Assembly: GCF_001194135.2 (NCBI RefSeq) | Contig: NC_068992.1 | Coordinates: 60,512,349-60,569,111, forward strand | From: Octopus bimaculoides | Lineage: Eukaryota | DNA: 56,763 nucleotides | Reading direction: 5' to 3' | Part shown: positions 49,981 through 56,763 of the stretch, piece after piece | Layout of the letters: every line of letters begins with the position of its first letter | How positions within the stretch are numbered: position 1 is the first letter of the stretch | The notes under the pieces: model-generated | Told to the model about the DNA's origin: nothing | The model's input: the letters and a program-made list of their open reading frames with translations, nothing else | Databases searched by the model: none | Program-made: the position numbers and the translations under genes

Positions 49981-51653
49981 AATGACAGCAAAGTAGAAAG
50001 TAACAGGTTGAATAATAGCATATATCGCTACTTCACAGCTCTGAAAATTGTCCATTAACATCCATAAAATAATAACGAAGAAAGCCAGAAACATCTAACG
50101 TAAATGTTGATAGATATTCGTGTAAGTAATGCATTAACCTACTGTCTGATTTTTATTGCGATTTACCTAATATAATCTGTGTAATGTTAATGTTGGCACT
50201 AATCGCTAACTGGCTAACACATTTAAACATACTAGCGGTGTATAAGCACCAGAGAAATGTCGCCTGAAACAATACATGACAAGCAACAGCAATGAAAACT
50301 GTGTGATTCTAGCGAAAGGTTAAAACAAGGCATGCGTACTTTGAATTTGGCACATGTACAATGGCGTTGCCAGGAACCAATAAAACAGTATCTGATAAAA
50401 TAATGGCAATGTAAATGAAGTGGTATATTCTACTCCCTTAAGATCGGTAAATAAAAGAGGAAAGACAAAAATGGACACGGGGATAATGCGTTTCCATACT
50501 ACATGTATAATTCACAGGTACATTTACTCCAGGAATTAAATCTCTTTAATGTTCAAAGATAATATATTTGGGATAGATAACCTAAAAGAGGTTTTGGATC
50601 CCAGCTAACTTGTTAATTGATGATACATTCTTAAACACAAGCAAAATTAAGAAATATAGATCAAAGAATAAATAATGAAAATAGAAATTGTAAACGTTGA
50701 TAAGAGAATTAGAACAGACGACCCAGCACATTGCAAGATAATAAAGAAATAATAAGACATGAGAAAATTAAATTTGAGCATATCTGCTGTGTATCAACCA
50801 TCAAAAGTCAAACTCTATACTAACGAATATATGAAGACAATTCATAAAGGCCAGAGTTTGAATATTCATTGTTTGCAAATATTGCATATGATAATAATCT
50901 AAAGCCGGCAATGAATAACGGAAACGATAGATCTCTGTAAGGGCAATTGAAAATCACTCTCAGCGATTAAATTTGGTTATAAACTAACGCCAGTAATAAC
51001 AGTCACATAAATATCAGATGAAAACATCATCTGGATAAAATGATAACAAAACAGCTAAATTATCTCATAGGTTGTATAGTAACAAACAAAAATAAGTGCA
51101 TACCTGATTATCTTCATTTCAAAGCAACTTACTTTGTATTGAATTTAACTTACATATGATGGTAAAAGTTTAAAGAATTATCTTTTAAACTAAAAAAAAG
51201 ATCGACCATAAAATCCTCCAAATGAAAATGAATATAGTTAAATTCTAACGCGATGGAATATGGCACAACATGAAATCTAAATCCTGTATTTCTTTAATGT
51301 AAAAGATTCAGGTTTATTCGCGGAATCTTTATCCTTGTCATTCTTCGAGAACTGGCACTGGCAACAGTGCCAGTGACCATGACTGACAAGCCACATGATT
51401 CCTTTCATCATCAATCTTTGAAATTCAACGTTAGTCATAACATCCCTGCCTTTTACGAGGATCTAAGTTTTGGAAGAAGACCCATGATTTCTCTTCTCCT
51501 GTGTTTCTTGCTTGATGATTATTTGGTCGGTAACTGTGGGTAACTCGTCCGACATGTCTCTCATAATATAATCGTCCACTTTCAGAGTATTAGCTTTGGC
51601 TTTGTAAAAAATCACCCGATTTATCCTCCACTACGTATGTTCCGAAATGATGA

Positions 51654-51689
<36 letters not shown>

Positions 51690-52250
51690 TGATGGTGGGG
51701 TATTGGATGAGGGATAACTCTGAGTACCTCAGTTAGTCCCCGAAAAGCCACAGTTGTTTACACTTACATTACATTGAAAATTATAAAACTAAATTCTAAC
51801 AGGAAAATACTGTAAGTGTTCCAGTAATAAATTACATTCGTAATTTTCCCCACTGGGCATTTAGAAAATTGCCAGGACATGAGGAACGCAAGAGAAATAG
51901 TGACTGTACTTAACATTACAATAGCCAAATGCATAAAGACAATATTTATCACAAAGACTTAGAATAATTGAGCTTCTGTAATTAGAGACCAGCTAATACG
52001 TATCTATGGTAACACAGCAAAACAACAAATAAACTATAAAGGAAAATTACAACGAATAGCTACAAGACAAGAACTAAATAGACAAAACAGTGAACTTTTA
52101 AAGACGACGTTAACGAATATAAAATAGAGGCCGAAAAAACTGACATTTGTTGAGAAAATGTACAGAAGTATAAAGAAAACAAATTACAACAATCGTAAAT
52201 AAAATCAAAGTATCGTTTTAAAGCGTTAACTAAAACAGGACTCTCTAAAG

Positions 52251-52570
52251 CAATGTTTCTCAACCACCCCTTTCATTATTATTTTATTCTGATGGAACCC
52301 CATAGCCATTCAGCGTTTTAAAACTAGTTTTATATATATTTCTTTCAAAATTCCCATTTTGTTCATCACAGATGAACCTCTGTAGTTTGCGCTATATAAA
52401 AAATTAGCCGTTTCTTGCAATAAATAGATCGAAAGCAAACTGTTTTTCATGTGCTTCTATGGGACCCTAATTTTCAATTTTGCTTGCAAAGATCTCCACC
52501 ACTATTACCACCGACACCAAATCTTATAAATATCCCCAGGGGATCTGTGGACTCCGGTTGAGAACCACTG
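52251..52570. mobile_element. hAT (Charlie-type) non-autonomous element
   Basis: TIRs caatgtttctcaacc / ggttgagaaccactg; 8 bp TSD-like ctctaaag (52243-50) / gtctaaaa (52571-78), close to the NTCTAGAN Charlie target. Confidence 0.82.
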
Positions 52571-53059
52571 GTCTAAAATGTGAACTTCAATAAATCTTAG
52601 AGAAAAAAATGTTGGTGGTGATTTTTAGATGAGAAAACATATAAAGGCAGTCAATCGAGAAAGGTCATTAACTTTGTACGCGTGTAGAGGTGCAGCCATG
52701 ATTTCTGGTTAAGAAATTCCATGAGACAAACCGCTTTTAAGTTTACTCCCACCGAGAGGACCTCGGGCGAGTATCTTAATCTATAGACACCGGTTTGTAC
52801 TATAACCGGATAAAACTGCATATGTATGTGTGTACATGTGTATATAAATATATACATATATAGTTGGACTTTACAAAAAAAAAGACCAAGACAGGAGTGT
52901 AAACAACAAACAGGTGTATTAGTTTAACGCTCGGGAATTGGAAAAGTCTTTAACATTTCGAGCTTACGCTCTTCAATACAGAGGAACACGAGAAAATAAA
53001 CAGAGGGAATAAAATATGCTTTAGTGGCCAGCAGTCGATCATGGCAATATATATATATA

Positions 53060-53260
53060 TATATATATATACGTTTAAAAAATATTAGACTATTTTTCCC
53101 GCCAAAATTGTTGCCGCGTGAGCAAAACCCATTGGGTTGGAGATGAAGCCATACGACCTGCACACAAGTAAAAATTTTCGAGACGGTCAGCCACGTCAGT
53201 TCCCGGTTGTGACGCCTTGAGTAAAAACGTGCAGTGCGCGCTCGTCGTTGTATTTGTACC
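53060..53260 (+). mobile_element. Possible mariner 5' non-coding end
   Basis: tatacg..aaaaaatattagactatttttcccgccaaa start and GC-rich leader resemble mariner 5' regions; no transposase sequence follows. Confidence 0.35.
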
Positions 53261-54411
53261 TCACCGCTAGACGAAAGTCCTTAGTGTTCTTAAGCATTCA
53301 ATTTCCTGTAACCTAGCGTAATATGATAACAGACCGGCAGAGTAAATACCAGCCTTAAAATAAGTACTGGGACCGATTTGAAGGTTTTGACATAATAAGG
53401 CTGTAGTCTAATGAGTGAAACAAGTAAAAGGGAAAAATAATAAAACCACTAAGCACATTAAATAGATTAGATATTTGTAATATAACAGAAGCACAGGGAA
53501 AGAAGTCACAAAACACTGGATGTAATAAAGACAAACACAGAGCTTCGGTGAAAGCATGCAATAACATATCGACTATTAAAATACTGTTGTTTATGATGAC
53601 GTTGATGATGATGATGAGGAGGATGACTTCAGCTCATGAATCAGTTGATTAATTGGGAGCACTCTGGTTGTAATTGCATCGATATGGAAATTAACTTGAA
53701 GCTTTGACAATTGTTGATAAATGTTGACATTATAAATTAAATTAAAAATCTAATTTGTTCGTTAAATTGGAAATAAATCTATTGTGATATGATTATAAAA
53801 TGAGTGAATTTAATTCAATCTGTTCCTTTGACGTTCCGAGATATGAAAAAAAAATACAATGACGATTGATAGCAAAGGCCCTGTAATAGAAATTTTATTG
53901 ATGATGCAGTGATCATTATTATAGCGAAAACAATAAATGAGGCATACTTTTCGTTCTATTATTACTATTGCAGTGATGTGTGAAATAATGTAAACCAGAA
54001 GAGCTAATCAGTCATCATATATAATTTGTCTAATTTGTATTTATCGTTACATGAATAGTTAATCGTTAAAAAAAAAGATAAATGCGGTTCCAGTTGAACT
54101 TCAATTTGGTCCTGACCATGTTTTACTGCATGGTTAAATGCAGTATCCACACCTTATTTCAAGGTAGTGTGTCTGAAGACCACGTTCACCACTTATGGCT
54201 ACCAGGCGACATCAGCGATACTATGTGTTCTTCTTTGGATACACGTCTGGAATACCCAGGTGCACGTAGGGTATAGTTTAGATTCACGTAGGGTATAAAC
54301 AACCTGCATCAACTTGCTATAAATGTATGTAGTAATTTTATTTTATTTTCTTCTTACTGCAATTCTTGAAAGGCGCTGTCCGATTTTAACAGTTATTTTC
54401 TCAAAGCTATA

Positions 54412-55150
54412 ATGGAAGTAACAAAGGAGCATATTGGGCATATTTTGCTCTATGAATTCAATAAAAGCAACAAGGCAAAGGAAAGTGCGAGGAACATTAT
54501 ATGGGGATCGGGCAGTAAGCGTAATCCAGTGTCATAGGTGTTTCTTGAAATTCCGAGCCAGAAACTAAAGTCTAGAAGACGATCCGCGTCCTGCAAGATC
54601 TGTACAGTTCGACGAGGATTTCCCGAAAACCCTGGTGGGGCGCAATTCCATCGTAAATGTCGAGGAACTAGCAGAGTAGTTTCGATTTGGGCATTCAACT
54701 ATTCATCGATACCAGTGTGCTAACGGAAAAATCAGCAAATTAATCAGTGGATTACTCACAATCTTTCCGAGTCTAATCACGAGCAGAGAGTGAATGCGTG
54801 CTTTTCTTTACTGTCACGTCTCACGAATGAACCTCTTTTCGACCGAATAGTGACTGGTGACGAGCAATGGGTTCTCTATAAAAATGCCAAGCGCTGAAGA
54901 CAGTGGTAGGGAAAGGAGAAACACCGGCACCTCAGTATAAAGAAGGTCTTCACACACATAAGGTGTTATCTGTTTGGTGGGATACGAAAGGTTTAAACCC
55001 AAACCAAACGATAAATAAAGGAGAACTACTGTGAGCAGCGTGTGCGGCTTAAGTCAGCGTTAGAAGAAAAGCGACAATCTTTGGTTTCAAAGCGAAAGGC
55101 GTTCTTCCATGCGGATAACGCTAAGCCACATAGAGCAAGGATGACATTCT
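54412..55150 (+). pseudogene. Mariner (DD34D) transposase relic
   Basis: MEVTKEHIGHILLYEFNKSNKAKESARNI..SLEDDPRPARSVQFDED..WITHNLSESN..RIVTGDEQWVLYKN..HTHKVLSVWWDTKG..FFHADNAKPH, with many stops and frameshifts; truncated at the 3' end by SINEs. A TIR-like ataaatgcggtt lies near 54078. Confidence 0.92.
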
Positions 55151-55240
55151 AAGTACTAATGAAAAACTGGGGTCGATGTAATCGACTAGTCACCTCCCCA
55201 CAAATCTGAGGCTCTGCCTGTAGTAGATTGGATTATTATT
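55150..55240 (+). mobile_element. SINE family A, 3' tail
   Basis: actggggtcgatgtaatcgactagtcacctccccacaaatctgagg..ggattattatt. Confidence 0.75.
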
Positions 55241-55242
55241 AA

Positions 55243-55551
55243 ACATGGTTCCGGGTTCAGTCCCACCGCGTGGCACCTTGGATAACTGTCTTCTACTATA
55301 GCCTCGGGCCGACCAAAGCTCTGTGAGTGGATTTGGTAGTCGGATGCTGAAAGAAGCACGCCGTATATATATAAACATATATACGTGCGTGTGTGTGTGT
55401 GTGTGTGTGCGNNNNNNNNNNNNNNNNNNNNNNNNNNNNNNNNNNNNNNNNNNNNNNNNNNNNNNNNNNNNNNNNNNNNNNNNNNNNNNNNNNNNNNNNN
55501 NNNNNNNNNNNNNNNNNNNNNNNNNNNNNNNNNNNNNNNNNNNNNNNNNNN

Positions 55552-55588
<37 letters not shown>

Positions 55589-55812
55589 TATACATATATA
55601 TGTTTGTGTGTCTGTGTTTGTCCCCTCCAACCATCGCTTGACAACCGATGTTGGTGTGTTTACGTCCCCGTCCCTTAGCGTTTCGGCAAACGAGACCGAT
55701 AGAATAAGTACTAGGCTTACAAAGAACAAGTTTTAGGGTCGCTTTGTTCGATTGAAGGTGATGCTCCACCATGGCCGAAGTCAAACGACTGAAACCAATA
55801 AAAGAATAAAAG
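55243..55812 (+). mobile_element. SINE family B, near complete, internal microsatellite/gap
   Basis: ggttcagtccc B box, gtggcaccttgg..tgtcttctactatagcctcggg CORE-like block, (TG)/(TA) tract, tail ggtgatgctccaccatggccgaagtcaaacgactgaaaccaataaaagaataaaagaat. Confidence 0.88.
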
Positions 55813-56726
55813 AATATATGTATGTATGTATTATGCCATACGCTTATCTTCATGCAGCATTTTTCGTATATGAACCTGAATATATCAACATATATCAATC
55901 TTCCTCAATGATTAACTGTAAAATCTTTCCTCAACAAAACAAAAATACAGATATCTTCTTTTCATATAATCACTAACGTTTTTATTTAGGAACTCATTTG
56001 CTTTTCAAACGAATGTAATTGCTTCATTTTCCAGTAATTTATGCAGTGAATGAAAGACGTATATTTACAGAAGGAATTGCCAAATACAACCTAATATAGC
56101 GATTCGAAGCAATTTTGCAGGATTATTCAATTTCCAAGATAAATTGAATGTAGAGTCTCGCTCTAAACAGTTTACTTTGCATTACATCAGAAAATAATAC
56201 ACTCTGGTAAATTCCACTGTAGAATAAGTAAAAATAAACAATAAAGCAATATATATAGTTCCTAAATTTGATAATTTCAGGATTCAGGATTTACATGCTC
56301 TGCAGTAATATAATTTGAGCAATTTTCTGGAATATATTTGTTTACGCAATATTTTAAGATATTTATGGGTGTATATATACATATATGTACGTATGTACAT
56401 AATGACGACACAAATATATTTATATACATACGTGCGTATGTAGTAACGTATATATGTATGTATGCATGTATTGATTTATGTATGTATATTCTTATATATG
56501 TCTATACATATACATGCATATATATATATACACACATACACATACAAGTGTGAACCTCTCTCTAAATATATATTTATATATATACGCAAGTATATATATA
56601 AATATATATACATACGTTCGTGTTCGTAAATATAAGTATATATACTTTATACATATATATATATGTGTGTGTGTGTATGTACACACACACATACACACAA
56701 ATATAGCAAGACATAAATACATACAT

Positions 56727-56763
<37 letters not shown>

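Noticed and set aside
51802-51810. Putative 9 nt microexon ttctaacag|GAAAATACT|gtaagt
   Set aside because: Expected by chance in AT-rich DNA; no supported host gene nearby.

Overview
AT-rich, repeat-dense eukaryotic genomic DNA with 11 N-gaps, each beside a dinucleotide microsatellite. The SINE/LINE families look like those I associate with Octopus (recognition from memory, not a database hit). Nearly all long ORFs in the supplied track are microsatellite or gap artefacts. Supported content: about 25 copies or fragments of a tRNA-derived SINE (family A, several with target-site duplications), two other SINE families, 3' fragments of restriction-like-endonuclease non-LTR retrotransposons (two R4/Dong-like, one HERO-like), a CR1-type LINE end, a decayed Penelope-like element, mariner relics, a hAT MITE, a Helentron/DINE-1-like element and several fold-back elements. 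No rRNA, intact tRNA, CRISPR array or confidently named gene. Best leads: (1) a near-canonical type I hammerhead ribozyme fold at 33873-33986 in a ~300 nt retrozyme-like unit lying in an (ATT)n/(TAA)n nest; (2) (TAA)n-anchored insertion nests carrying R4/Dong ends and a ~540 bp non-coding element present twice; (3) a tentative spliced plus-strand gene (1584-6193, possibly to 10513) for a ~104 aa secreted six-cysteine peptide; (4) an ~810 bp fold-back. Repeat boundaries are by eye and approximate (+/-10-20 nt).
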